Shown here one piece after another: positions 23,550 through 35,118 of a DNA stretch of 64,000 bases. The stretch is from the NCBI GenBank assembly GCA_001600695.1, contig BCKQ01000007.1:705712-769711 (forward strand), written 5' to 3'. This DNA is from Ascoidea asiatica JCM 7603. Lineage: Eukaryota > Fungi > Ascomycota. The notes below the pieces were generated by a model that ran no database searches, had not been told where the DNA came from, and saw only the letters and a program-made list of their open reading frames with translations. The position numbers and the translations under genes are program-made. Within the stretch, counting starts at the first letter, position 1. The number at the start of each line of letters is the position of its first letter.

Positions 23550-25890
23550 TTTTGAAATGTAACGTTGTCACGGTAACAACTTAATTTTGCGTTAACGTCA
23601 ACCACGCAACAAACTTCCAGTTGTTGCTGAAGTTAGTTTAATTAAACGTAACTTAAATTCTGATGGTTACCAATAAAACAAGATCATCCCCTAGGAAACA
23701 GTGTTAAATGTATTAATGCCGAAATTCTAGATAACATTTTTCCATATATGAATTTTACACTCCAAAAATAAACGAAGCTTACAATTTATTTTTCTCTATT
23801 AAAATCAATTTTTAATTTTTTTTTGAATCAGACTATAATTATCAACTTATACTTACTGAAATGAAATTGATTTCATATCAATATGATTTTATTTAATAAT
23901 AACTATCATAGCTAACATTTATTAATAGCAATAAATAGGCCATTTGTAATAAATTAAGGCATTTGATGGAGGAATAGAAGTGAATGTTCTGGCCCATATA
24001 TTTGGCGGGAATGAATAGCAAAAACTCATTTCTGCTAGTGATAAGTGCTTGTAAGCTAAGGTAGGGTAACATGCTGCGACAACCAAACAAGGGTTTAAGG
24101 TTTCTATGGTAGTAAAAAATATGCATGGAATGCGGTGATGTTATGTGGAAAGCAGTGGATGAAACCTTAGATGCTCAAGAAGTAGTATTTTGAACAAGAA
24201 AAAGGTATACACTTTCAATATATTTCAGTAGTAAAAAAGTGAATAACTTTTTGTTATTAGTAAGTAAATTCATTGTAAGAGTTAAAAGTAATCTTGCCAG
24301 ATAAAATCGAGAACTAGATTAAAATCATCGTTCAACTATTACGTATTCTATAAACTAAAAGTATTAAGACTGCATCAGGAATATGGAACTGGGAAATATT
24401 TGCCATTGAAACAAGGCTATTAATCATCCAATCACATATAATGTTCTATGATTTATTTCAGAGAAGCAACTGTAGCAGAATGAGGTGGAGCAGCAGAAGT
24501 AAGAAAAGGAGATTCCGTTACAGCTCCAATTAACCCAGGAAGAAAAAGAAGTAAGAGTGTGGTATTGATGCTGACTTACCACATACAACACCACATCTGT
24601 TGTATCTTATTGATTTAATTGATTTAATTGATTAATTTTATTGATCAATTTCATTTTATCTAATTCAAATCGATTAAGTTTAATTACTTTATTTAATTGC
24701 TTGTTACCTTAATTAATTAAACTTAATTGGATTTCAATCCTCGCCTCGAGATCTGAATTTTAATTGCAAGGAATACCCGAAACAAAATACTTCTGAAGAA
24801 ACTGTTCATGAATTTAATTTCCTGAGAGTATTTATACCCTTCAAGTCCTCCATTTTTCATTTCTATTTCTCACTTTTTTTTCTCCCTTTTTTTTTTATTT
24901 TTCTTTTCTTTTCCTTTTGATTTTTTATCATATTTGCTTTTTTTTATCAATACTTTCATATCAATTTATATCAATCATATAATATCATATTATACTGTAA
25001 TATATTCTATTATTCAAGAAGTACAGATTATTACTGAGTACTGACTAAAGTACTGGAAAATATAAGAATAAATTTTATTTTTAACCTCTTAACTTATAAA
25101 CAAACCTCCTGAATTTTATAAATACTATATTTTCTCATATTTTTTATATAAATAGGTAAAAATATATATTTTGATCTGCTTCACTTTACTTCACTCAATC
25201 TAATACTGTAGTAATATTAAAAATATCTGAATAATAATTTTTACTGATATTACTACTATTGTGTATTAATAACATTTACACTCCACTTAAAACATCACTT
25301 CAAACATTTAATCAATTTATTCAAATTTCATATTTAACTTAACTAATTATTATCAAAGCCTTCTTCATATTTATATTTATTTATATTATTCATATTTTAC
25401 CCTATATCATAATTTCATAATATCACTATAATCATATATCATATCTCCCTATATCAATCCTAAATATCAACTATCAAATATTTAATATCAAATTCTCATT
25501 ATTTTATATTTTTATTGAAATCTAGAAAAAGAAAAACTTTAAATAAAAATCTTCTATTCATAATAATTATATTAATCATTGCCATAATAACAATCAAAAT
25601 TCTATTGTTATAATAATTTTAATTTTAATTCAATTTCAATTATTTTGCATTTCACATTCGCTTATCCCTCATTATTTTATCGTCAAAAACAATTCTTTTC
25701 ATTTTTTTTTGTTTATCAATAAATTCATTAATATTGTCACATTTCATATTTTCTTTTACTATATATTCTATATCATATAATAATTCTAATGATTTCATTT
25801 CTTCCATTATCAATCATTCTAATTTAATTTAATTCAATTTAATCTAAAATCTAATATCTAATAACTAATAACTAATATTCATTTTTAAAA

Positions 25891-27774
25891 ATGTTTTTAA
25901 TATCTATAATAACTTTACAGATTTTAATACAGTTTTTATCAAATTCATTATCAAAAAATAAAATCAAATCAGAAAATAAACATCTAATATCAAAAAAATT
26001 ATCTCATATAAATATTTTTGATACTTTTAATGTATTTAAAATATTTGAAATTAATTTTTTCAGCTTAATTTTTCTAATTTTATTAATTTTTCCAATTTTA
26101 ACAAATTCAACAACTTTAACATTTTGTTCAAGTTTAAACTCAGGAGCAGTTAAAATATCGACTTCAGTTTATCAATCAAATGGTCTTTGTTTAGATGATT
26201 GTACTGAAGAAAATTATTCTTTTGCAATATTATTAAACAAAAATTGTTATTGTTCAAATTTAGAACCTGACTCAGATGATCAAGTATCTATAGATGATTG
26301 TGATGATCCATGTCCTGGTTATCCAGATGATTCTTGTGGTAATCTAGAGAAATCTTATTACGCTTATATTCAATTAAATGAAGCATCTGGAACTTATTAT
26401 GGTTCAACTTCAACCTCCACTTCAAGTACAAGTTCAACTATAAGTAAAATTACAACCACTTCTTCTATAATAACAACATCTACAAGTTCTTCAATCTCAA
26501 CTAGTACAACACCAACTTCAACTTCTACTTCAAGTACAAATACAAGTATAAGTTCAAAAAGTCTGGAGTTGAAAACTTCAACTCTTATAACTACATCAAC
26601 ATTAAGTAATACAGATGATGAAAATTCTGAAACTTCAGCAGTTGTTTTGACATCAATAGTAGTAGTAACTGCAATTCCTTCTTCAACTAAAGTTTCAACA
26701 AAAGTTAAAAAAGTAACTACAACTTTAACTCCTTCAAGAAGTGATGTAGAATCTGTAGTTGAATCTACAATGTATGAAACTTATATAGAAAGTGATATTG
26801 AAGAAACTTCAAGTACTTCTATATCATATACATCTACTTCTTCTATATCAAGTATATCCTCTACGTCCTCTACATCATCTATATCTATTACTCCTTCTCA
26901 GATTTATTTAACTTCAGTTATTAGTAAAACTAGTATAATTATTGCTACTTCTTCAATATCAAATACAATTTCTTCTTCTTCAATATCTTCGTCATCCTCA
27001 TCATCTTTATTATCATCAACATCATCTTCTTCATCATATTTTTCTAGTTTCAATGATAATTCATCAATTTTTCAAAATCAGGCATTTTTTTCTTCATATT
27101 CATCGGTAATTTTTAAAACAGTTACAGATGATTCAAGTGAAAGTTTAGAAACTACATCAACAATCTCAAATAGTTTAGTTAGTTCAACTACTGATAATAA
27201 TAGTAATACTAGCTCAAGTTTTACGGAATCTAAAAAACAAAATAAAGGTTCATTTTGGAATTCTCCTGGTAAGATTGCAGGAACTTTTACAGCAGTTGGA
27301 TTTGTTATAATTTTATTAATAGTTTTATTAATTTTATTTTTTTTCAAAAAGAGAAAAGATAGAAAAGATTCACCATCATTATTAGATGGTAATGGAAAAT
27401 CAGCTTTAAATAGAAATGGTACTTTAGATTCTGAATTATTTTCAACATCAGATTCTAATTCAATTTTAAAATCAACACCACTAAATATTCAAACTCATAA
27501 ATTCAATGATTCATATGGTGGTGGTGGAGAAACAATTGTACCAATTTGTGCAATTGATAGAAATAATCCAATTGAGAAAATAGATAGAATGAGTACAATT
27601 CGTGTTGATCAAAGATTAGATCCAGATAAATTATTATTCAGTTTCAATGATTTTGGATCTAAAAAATCATTTTCAGATGAACAAGATTATTCAAGAAAAT
27701 TTTTAAGAATCACAAATCCGGATTTAGAAAAACTTTCAATAAAAACTTCAAATCAAAATTCTACAAAACTTTGA
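25891..27774 (+). CDS. WSC4: WSC-domain membrane protein (Wsc4-like)
   Basis: WSC domain (YQSNGLCLDDC..CYCSN..CPGYPDDSCG), Ser/Thr stalk, FWNSPGKIAGTFTAVG + TM segment, tail DQRLDP..DYSRKFLRITNPD. WSC4 is also adjacent to RIM101 in S. cerevisiae (YHL028W/YHL027W). Confidence 0.8.
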   Translation: MFLISIITLQILIQFLSNSLSKNKIKSENKHLISKKLSHINIFDTFNVFKIFEINFFSLIFLILLIFPILTNSTTLTFCSSLNSGAVKISTSVYQSNGLCLDDCTEENYSFAILLNKNCYCSNLEPDSDDQVSIDDCDDPCPGYPDDSCGNLEKSYYAYIQLNEASGTYYGSTSTSTSSTSSTISKITTTSSIITTSTSSSISTSTTPTSTSTSSTNTSISSKSLELKTSTLITTSTLSNTDDENSETSAVVLTSIVVVTAIPSSTKVSTKVKKVTTTLTPSRSDVESVVESTMYETYIESDIEETSSTSISYTSTSSISSISSTSSTSSISITPSQIYLTSVISKTSIIIATSSISNTISSSSISSSSSSSLLSSTSSSSSYFSSFNDNSSIFQNQAFFSSYSSVIFKTVTDDSSESLETTSTISNSLVSSTTDNNSNTSSSFTESKKQNKGSFWNSPGKIAGTFTAVGFVIILLIVLLILFFFKKRKDRKDSPSLLDGNGKSALNRNGTLDSELFSTSDSNSILKSTPLNIQTHKFNDSYGGGGETIVPICAIDRNNPIEKIDRMSTIRVDQRLDPDKLLFSFNDFGSKKSFSDEQDYSRKFLRITNPDLEKLSIKTSNQNSTKL

Positions 27775-28886
27775 CAATTTAAAATTTAATACCTTTTTTT
27801 TTTATAAATTTTTTTTTTTCTATCATCCATCTTCTTTACAATTTAAGTAAGATTTTTATGAATTTTTATTTTTTTTTAATCAAAAAGCATTTACAGTTTT
27901 TATTACATATCATTTTTTTTTATTTTTTATTTTTTATTTTTCTTTTCTATAATTCAAATTATTTAATTTTGATCTTAATTTTCATTTTTGTTATTATTAC
28001 TTTTATTAAATTTTATTTTTATTATATCGTTCATTATTCTAAGCATAACAACTTAGAAAAAAAATATATTATTATTAATATTTATACTAATTATACATGT
28101 TGCTTAAATTTAATTATTTAAATTTTAAGAATTTTTTGTTTTTATTTAAATTTTTTTTATATTTAATCTTAAGGTTTATAATTTTCTGGCTAATTATTTT
28201 TTTATATTTTATTTTGTTGTGTTGTGTGTGTTGTTATTTATAATTATCTTATTTTTTTCAAATTTTTTTTTTTTTTCAGTATATACAATTTGAGAATTTA
28301 ATGGCTTATTATCTCCTCTGGTTATTCAATAGAATTTAAATATTTTAATTTAATATTTCATCTAAAATTGTGAATGTTTTGTTTTTATTGATTTATTCTA
28401 AAATGTAAGTTAATTAATATTAAATTTTCAAAAGATTAATTTATATATTTGTAACATTCAATATTATGTTTTGTTTTAGGATGAAAATTATCAAATGAAG
28501 TAAAATTACAAATTACAAATTCCAAATTTCAGATTCTCTTTGAAAGTTTCAGTAGGTTATTGTATTGCATAAATAACATCTCTGAAATTCAGCTCTGCAA
28601 ATTTGATCCTTTTTTGGTGAGTGAGTTGAATTTCAAGATCAGCGGCAGGGTTATTGGGATCACCTGCTCTATATTCCTGGCAAGGCTGTCCTAGACAACA
28701 CCGTCCTAAATATCAATAGGCGGAAATAAATAAAAAATCAAAAAACCGTACTGCGGAATATCACGGAAGCTAATTTTAAATGAAATGCTTTTTCCACTTC
28801 ACGGACAATCATGGAACGATGCGGAAACACTTAACCCTGCGGATATTAGTCCTTAGCCAATTACCGAGTGGGAAACTCCAATCCAA

Positions 28887-28941
28887 GGAAGTACAAATGG
28901 AAGCACAAATGGAAGCACAAATGGAAGTACAAATGGAAGTA
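28887..28941. repeat. 12-bp tandem repeat (GGAAGYACAAAT)x~4.5
   Basis: Directly visible, ending about 75 bp upstream of the NDUFS4 start codon. Confidence 0.85.
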
Positions 28942-29014
28942 GAATCAAATATAACTGCGTAAGCAATCACCAGAAGAATAATCAGAATTTGATATTGTCT
29001 TTGTAATCAGCAAA

Positions 29015-29533
29015 ATGTTTCGTCAATCTTCCAGAACAATATTGGGCTCAGGTCTCAAGTCGTCGCAAAAACAGCTTGCTTTCTCCTCCATCAGACACCA
29101 ATCCTCAGTTGCAGTGCCAAAGAAAGGAACAGTTTCAATTCCAAGTGCAGAGAGTGCTGTGGAAGCCAAGGAAATATTGAGTGGAGCTCCAAGAGAGTTG
29201 AGCACAACTGCAAGAATTGTCAGAATATTCAAAGAAGCAAAACCTGCAACTCAATCCGGTATCAACAATGGTAAATTTTGGAAATTAGACTGGGATGTTC
29301 TTGAAAAAGGTAATAGATGGGAAAATGATTTAATGGGTTATCAATCAACTAGTGATTATATGCAATGCACATCTCTTAAATTCGATGATAAAGAAAGTGC
29401 AATTAGATTCGCTCAAGGTCAAGGTTGGACTTATTATATTCAAGAACCAAAAGCAAGACATTTCAGAAAGAAAACTTATGATATAAATTTCCTTCATAGT
29501 TATGGTCCTTTAAAACATATCAGAACCAAATGA
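29015..29533 (+). CDS. Mitochondrial complex I 18-kDa accessory subunit (NDUFS4/NUYM)
   Basis: Mitochondrial presequence; [42 protein letters not shown] motifs. Confidence 0.93.
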   Translation: MFRQSSRTILGSGLKSSQKQLAFSSIRHQSSVAVPKKGTVSIPSAESAVEAKEILSGAPRELSTTARIVRIFKEAKPATQSGINNGKFWKLDWDVLEKGNRWENDLMGYQSTSDYMQCTSLKFDDKESAIRFAQGQGWTYYIQEPKARHFRKKTYDINFLHSYGPLKHIRTK

Positions 29534-29879
29534 TGACTTACTTACTCTTTATTTCATTTCATTTACCTCTATTCATCTTAAATAAATATCTAAATAAATA
29601 TTTAAATAAATATTTAAATAAATACTCAACTAAATACTTGATTAAATATACAATTAAATAATCAATATCTAATGTAAATCTGTTAGCCGTGTTAAATATG
29701 GATGCAGGCTGCACCTCTGCATTTCGATACGGAACTGCTAAAATCTTTGTTTACTTTTTACAAAATAAAGGTCTAATTTGTTTTTAAATCTGAATTCATT
29801 TTTTATCCAGTTTAGTCTTTTTGATTGAATTAATCTTCAAATTATTGAATAAATCTAACTAAGTAATTCATTTAAAGAA

Positions 29880-32693
29880 ATGTCACAAGAAGATCAATCA
29901 AGACAGTTAAAACTTCATCTACAAAATTTAATCAAAAATTTGGTTCCTTCAATTGATAAAAATGGTAATAAAAATGACTTAAATCAAATTTATAATGAAT
30001 TATTACAATTCATTTCAATCTCAAATAACAATAACAATAACAACAATAATAATATATCTTTAGAATCAATCTTAAAATCTTTTAAAAATAAGTTTAATAT
30101 GAAAGATGATTATGATTCTTGGTTGAAATTTAAAAATTTAATTCAATTATCTTTAAGATATAAAAATAATGAAGAGATTAAAAATTATTTAATTTTTTTG
30201 AATTCTTTAAATAATCAATTTAAAATCACTAATTCAAATCAAAATCAAAATCAAAATCAAAATAACCATTTATATTTAAACTCAAATCAAAATTTTACTT
30301 CAATTAATAATAATACCAATAATTCAATTGAACTACGCGATCAACCAGGCTCAATCAATCAAATAAATCATTCAATAGGTCATCAAATACCTCATTCAAT
30401 AAACCATTCAATGAATCAATCAATAAATAATGAAAATAATTCTTCAATCATTAGAAATTCTTTTACAACTGCTGTTAATGAAGTAAATAATAATTTAACT
30501 TTATATCAAATTAAAAATAATATTCAAATTATTGAAAATCAAAATTTAATCAATAATAATGAAATTATAAATTATTTATTTTATAATTTAGCAGGTTCAA
30601 CATCAAACTTATTTAATTTAAGTAAAAATTTTAATTCAATTATTAATCAAAATCAATTTACTATTTTAATTCCAATTTTTATAAATAATTCTCAAAGTTC
30701 TTTATTACATAAGATATTTGAAATTTCTTTAATTTACTTACATTTAAATGAAATTTTAAGCTTGAATAAAAAAAAAAATAATTCAGAAAAATCTCAAATT
30801 AAAAATTCATTTTTATCAAAATTATCATTGTATTTACAAAACTATTTAAATTTTATTGACAACTTACAGAACTTTTTCAAAAACTTAAACAATTCAAATT
30901 CAAATTCAAATTCAAACTCAATTTTAAAAATCTATCAAGAATTATTTAATGAAATAATCAAATTTAAATTTATCTTAAACTTGTCTGAAAATTTTTTAAT
31001 GTTACAAGATTTTCAATTATTATCTTTAATTTATGATTTTACAAAAAATAATAATACAATCATTCAATCTATAGCTATTGACTTTTTTAAAACTTGTTAT
31101 CAACCATATTTTGAAATTATAATTAATTGGGTTATTAATGGTGAACTTTCAAGTAAAAATAATTTATTTTTTATAGAATATTTAAATGATAAAAATCAAA
31201 TTTTGGACTCAAATTTAAATTCAAACAAAATTATTTTTAATAAATTGAAAATTCCAAAAAATGTTATTTCAATAGAAACTTGTGAAAAGATATATCAAAT
31301 TGGAAAAACAATTAACATTTTAAAAAGAAATTGTAAAGAGTTAAATTATGTTAATAAATTCAAAGATAAATATGAAATTTCATTGAATAAACTTAAAGAT
31401 TTCAAATATTTTAATATTAAATATTTAAATGACTTAATAAACTTTCAATATAATGAAATTATAAACTATTTAACAAAGATTTTATTTGAAAAATTCAAAA
31501 TCTTTGAACATTTTAAAAATCTTAAAGATATTTTATTAATGAATAAATCAGATTTTATTGATAGATTAATTGAAAATTCAAAAGATATTTTAAGTTGTCA
31601 TTATACAAGATTAACTTCATATCAATTGACGAAAATGCTAAACAATTCTATTAATGATTCAAGTTTAAAATATTTTAATGATGAATATAAAAATAGAATT
31701 GATGCACGAATAATAGAAAATAATAATTCAAAAAATTTTAATAATATTAATAAAAAATTAACAGGTTGGGATGTATTTACTTTGGATTATAGAATTGGAA
31801 ATAATCCAATAGCAATAATATTAAAAGATAGTATTAGAGAATATTTAAGAATGTTTAATTTTTTATGGAAATTACAGAGATTAAATTATTTATTAAATAA
31901 AACTTGGATTGATACTAATTTTTTAAGGAAAAATAATAATGTTAAAGAGATTTTATTTCAAGGAATGAAATTTAAAAATTTGAAAATCTCATGGAATTTA
32001 AAAATGTTTTCAATAATAAGAAATAAGCTAATTAAATTTTTGAATAGATTGATTAATTTTTTCCAATTTAACTTAATTGAAAAAAATTATAAAAAATTTT
32101 TTTCATCTATAGTAAAAAATAAATTCACAAATGAAAGAAATACTCAAATACAAACTATTGGTCTTAAACCAAAAAAATCATATATGAAAAAAAAACAAGC
32201 TATCAGTTCTCAAATATTATCATTAAAAAATAATCGTATTAATGATATTGAAGAAAAAAATAATAATGGGGATATTAAAAAAATATTTATATTTAAAGAT
32301 GCAACTATAGATGAATTTACAAAAATCCATTATGATTATATTAGATCAATTTCAAGAAATCGGATATTAAATTTTAAAGGAAAAATCTCAAAAAGAAATT
32401 TTATTAGTCAATTAAATGATTTAATTAGTTTAATGTTTGAATATGTTGGATCATTTAATGAATTCTTTGAAATTATTATAGAAATAATCAAATTTGAAAT
32501 TGAAGTTGGAAAAATTAAAGAAGATGATTATGAAGAAAATATTAAAGATTGTATTTCAAGAATTAAAAACATATCTAAAAATATAAGGAAAAAAATTTAT
32601 TTCAATTTTGAAAAATTAAAAAAAAATTTAATGACAGATTTATTAGAAGAAGATGATATTGATTTAGTTAATCTTGGTATTCTTATTGATTAA
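29880..32693 (+). CDS. SPC98: Gamma-tubulin complex component Spc98/GCP3
   Basis: NWVINGEL, KIYQIGKTINILK, LLMNKSDFI, GWDVFTLDYRI and EYLRMFNFLWKLQR motifs typical of GCP3. Confidence 0.85.
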   Translation: MSQEDQSRQLKLHLQNLIKNLVPSIDKNGNKNDLNQIYNELLQFISISNNNNNNNNNNISLESILKSFKNKFNMKDDYDSWLKFKNLIQLSLRYKNNEEIKNYLIFLNSLNNQFKITNSNQNQNQNQNNHLYLNSNQNFTSINNNTNNSIELRDQPGSINQINHSIGHQIPHSINHSMNQSINNENNSSIIRNSFTTAVNEVNNNLTLYQIKNNIQIIENQNLINNNEIINYLFYNLAGSTSNLFNLSKNFNSIINQNQFTILIPIFINNSQSSLLHKIFEISLIYLHLNEILSLNKKKNNSEKSQIKNSFLSKLSLYLQNYLNFIDNLQNFFKNLNNSNSNSNSNSILKIYQELFNEIIKFKFILNLSENFLMLQDFQLLSLIYDFTKNNNTIIQSIAIDFFKTCYQPYFEIIINWVINGELSSKNNLFFIEYLNDKNQILDSNLNSNKIIFNKLKIPKNVISIETCEKIYQIGKTINILKRNCKELNYVNKFKDKYEISLNKLKDFKYFNIKYLNDLINFQYNEIINYLTKILFEKFKIFEHFKNLKDILLMNKSDFIDRLIENSKDILSCHYTRLTSYQLTKMLNNSINDSSLKYFNDEYKNRIDARIIENNNSKNFNNINKKLTGWDVFTLDYRIGNNPIAIILKDSIREYLRMFNFLWKLQRLNYLLNKTWIDTNFLRKNNNVKEILFQGMKFKNLKISWNLKMFSIIRNKLIKFLNRLINFFQFNLIEKNYKKFFSSIVKNKFTNERNTQIQTIGLKPKKSYMKKKQAISSQILSLKNNRINDIEEKNNNGDIKKIFIFKDATIDEFTKIHYDYIRSISRNRILNFKGKISKRNFISQLNDLISLMFEYVGSFNEFFEIIIEIIKFEIEVGKIKEDDYEENIKDCISRIKNISKNIRKKIYFNFEKLKKNLMTDLLEEDDIDLVNLGILID

Positions 32694-32956
32694 TAAAATA
32701 ACTTTACTATAATAATTTATAAGTCATTATGAAACATTTTAATTAAATCTTTTAATATTTCTTAACTTTTTTAGCCTTTTAAGTTGAAGTTTTATTTAAT
32801 TAATAGTTGATGAGATTAATCAAAAGAAAAACAACCAAATTTTAAGAACCAGCAAATGATTTGTATAATTCATAAAGTAGAATAAATTCTAAGGTTATAT
32901 CCGATAGCCGATTAGGTAATTTTTATTTTTTAATTATAATGAAATGAATGAAATAT

Positions 32957-33859
32957 TTATTGATCATTATAATTTGATGGATAAGATATTTTACCTTGAG
33001 TTTGTAGAGCATTAATTAAAGGTAATAAAGGTAATAAATCAGACTTTTGAATTAAATTAAATTCATTAACAAAGCTTATGAAATGAGAAAAAAAAGAATT
33101 ATAATGAGCTTCTAAAGATAAATGAATAATTTTATCGAAATAATTATAATAAATATGAGCAAAAATTTTGAACATTTCTTTTAATAAATTTTTACAATTA
33201 TTTACAAAATTTGTTGGAAATGGAATACTATTTTTTGTTGGAAAGATTGATTGATCATTAATTTTATTATTGATTGAATTTAAAGTTAAATTGATGAATT
33301 GTTTCGGAGGTAAATTTAAATTTTTATTTTTAGTTTTATCATAATAATAATAAATTATATTTGGACCTGCATTCATATGATTATTAAAATTATTTAATAA
33401 AAATTCAGAAATTATTTCAACAAATTGATTTAAATTTGTAAATAATTCAAAAATATTTAAAGCTAACCATTCTTTATAATCAATATATTTTGGTAATTGA
33501 ACAATAGTTTTAAAAGAACCTTTAACAACAGCAGATCTAATAAATGGATCACATAAAAATAAAGGTATACTATTATTATGATTATTATTATAATTTTCAA
33601 TATTATTGTAATTGATGTTATTATTATTGATGTTATTATTATTGATGTTATTTATATTATTGCTAATATTGTTGTTGTTATTATTATAATTGATATTATA
33701 ATTATTATTATTATTATTACTATTATTATTATTATAATTGATATCATTATTCATATCATTATCAATATCATAGTTTTTATTGTCATTATCCTCAATTGAA
33801 TATTTATTTTTTTTTGAAGTACGAGATTTTAAACCTCTAATAGAAGAGAAGAAAGACAT
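32957..33859 (-). CDS. MOB2: Mob2, Cbk1 kinase activator
   Basis: PLFLCDPFIRSAVVKGSFKTIVQLPKYIDYKEWLALN, IFPTK, FAHIY and LSLEAH.NSFFSHF motifs; Asn-rich N-terminal insert. Confidence 0.95.
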   Translation of the reverse strand: MSFFSSIRGLKSRTSKKNKYSIEDNDNKNYDIDNDMNNDINYNNNNSNNNNNNYNINYNNNNNNISNNINNINNNNINNNNINYNNIENYNNNHNNSIPLFLCDPFIRSAVVKGSFKTIVQLPKYIDYKEWLALNIFELFTNLNQFVEIISEFLLNNFNNHMNAGPNIIYYYYDKTKNKNLNLPPKQFINLTLNSINNKINDQSIFPTKNSIPFPTNFVNNCKNLLKEMFKIFAHIYYNYFDKIIHLSLEAHYNSFFSHFISFVNEFNLIQKSDLLPLLPLINALQTQGKISYPSNYNDQ

Positions 33860-34546
33860 TTTGAAGTAAGCAAATTATATTTTTATATCTTCAAATGATT
33901 GTATCTTTATTTGATATAATAATTAGTAAGTATTTAGTCTGAGAAGAATGAATAAATAATTGTAGATTTGAGTGAAAATATATTAAAGAAAGAAAGACTT
34001 TAAAAGAAGATATCGACAAGCAATACATTTCATTCTTTCATTCTTTCATTCTTTGATTTATTAACTATTGCTTTTCTTTTACCCGAGAGAAAAGAGCACA
34101 TGAAAACACAGCCACGTATACTCAGCCATACGGATTTGAAACTAGGTGGCTTAAAAACGTATCGGATAATTGCGGATGATTAGTCGGAAAAACGGATGCA
34201 ATCCTTAGGAAATCGGACAGGATGTTATCCGTATTTACAATATCCGCAAGAGCCCTGCCTTTCTAACAGCCAGGGCTCTGGCCTTTGTTGATGTTTTGAA
34301 ATAAACTTCGATTTGGCGCTGGTTTTGGTGTTGGAGCTGGCGGTTGAGGAGCGAGTGCAGCGTCTGATTCAGTTCACTGCTCTTCTTCTTCCACAGGATA
34401 TATTCAAGCAGATATACAAATAAAGGAGTAGATAACTAAAAGAATAAATATTCAAGTAACAATTAATTAACAATCAACAAACAATAACCAACAACTGAAG
34501 AAAGATCACCCAATTATTCAATGATTTCAATTCAAAACTAAACTAA

Positions 34547-35086
34547 ATGGCATCTCCTTCATTTAATCCTGTCCTAAATTCAAATATTTATAATCATAAT
34601 AATAGCGCCAATAGTATTAGTAAAAGTAATGATAACAATATTAATAACAATGATAATGATAAAGAGAAGTTAATTCAATTTCCTTCAATTTCTGCAATTT
34701 ATTTGAAATATGATTCAAAATTAGCATATTCTTATTTAAATTTAGGTAATTCAAATTATTCAGATCATTCAGAGTTATCAAATTTATCAATTGATGATAA
34801 CATAAATTCAAATTCAATTGATCTTAAAGATTATAAAATTAAATTAACTTCAAAAAATGAGTCTTTATTAATTTCAAAATTTGAAGTAATTTGGCTAAAA
34901 GGTAATTTAATTTCAAGAAGATTAAATTTCAGTAATTTAAATAATTTAAACAATCAAAATCAAAATCAAAATATAATTATTAATGCTCATTTTTCTTATT
35001 TTCCAGATTTTAAAAATTTAAATAATAATAAATTAATTAAAAAATTAAAATATAAAAAAATTAAACAACATAATTCAATTATTAAA

Positions 35087-35118
<32 letters not shown>

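Noticed and set aside
23580-24420. Possible solo LTR or small gene (ORF 23893-24126) in the RIM101-WSC4 intergenic region
   Set aside because: No clear TG..CA boundaries with a target-site duplication, no similarity to the LTRs in this window, and no recognisable protein motif.
3232-28941. Short tandem arrays as CRISPR-like repeats
   Set aside because: Head-to-tail repeats with no unique spacers, in a eukaryotic genome with no cas genes.
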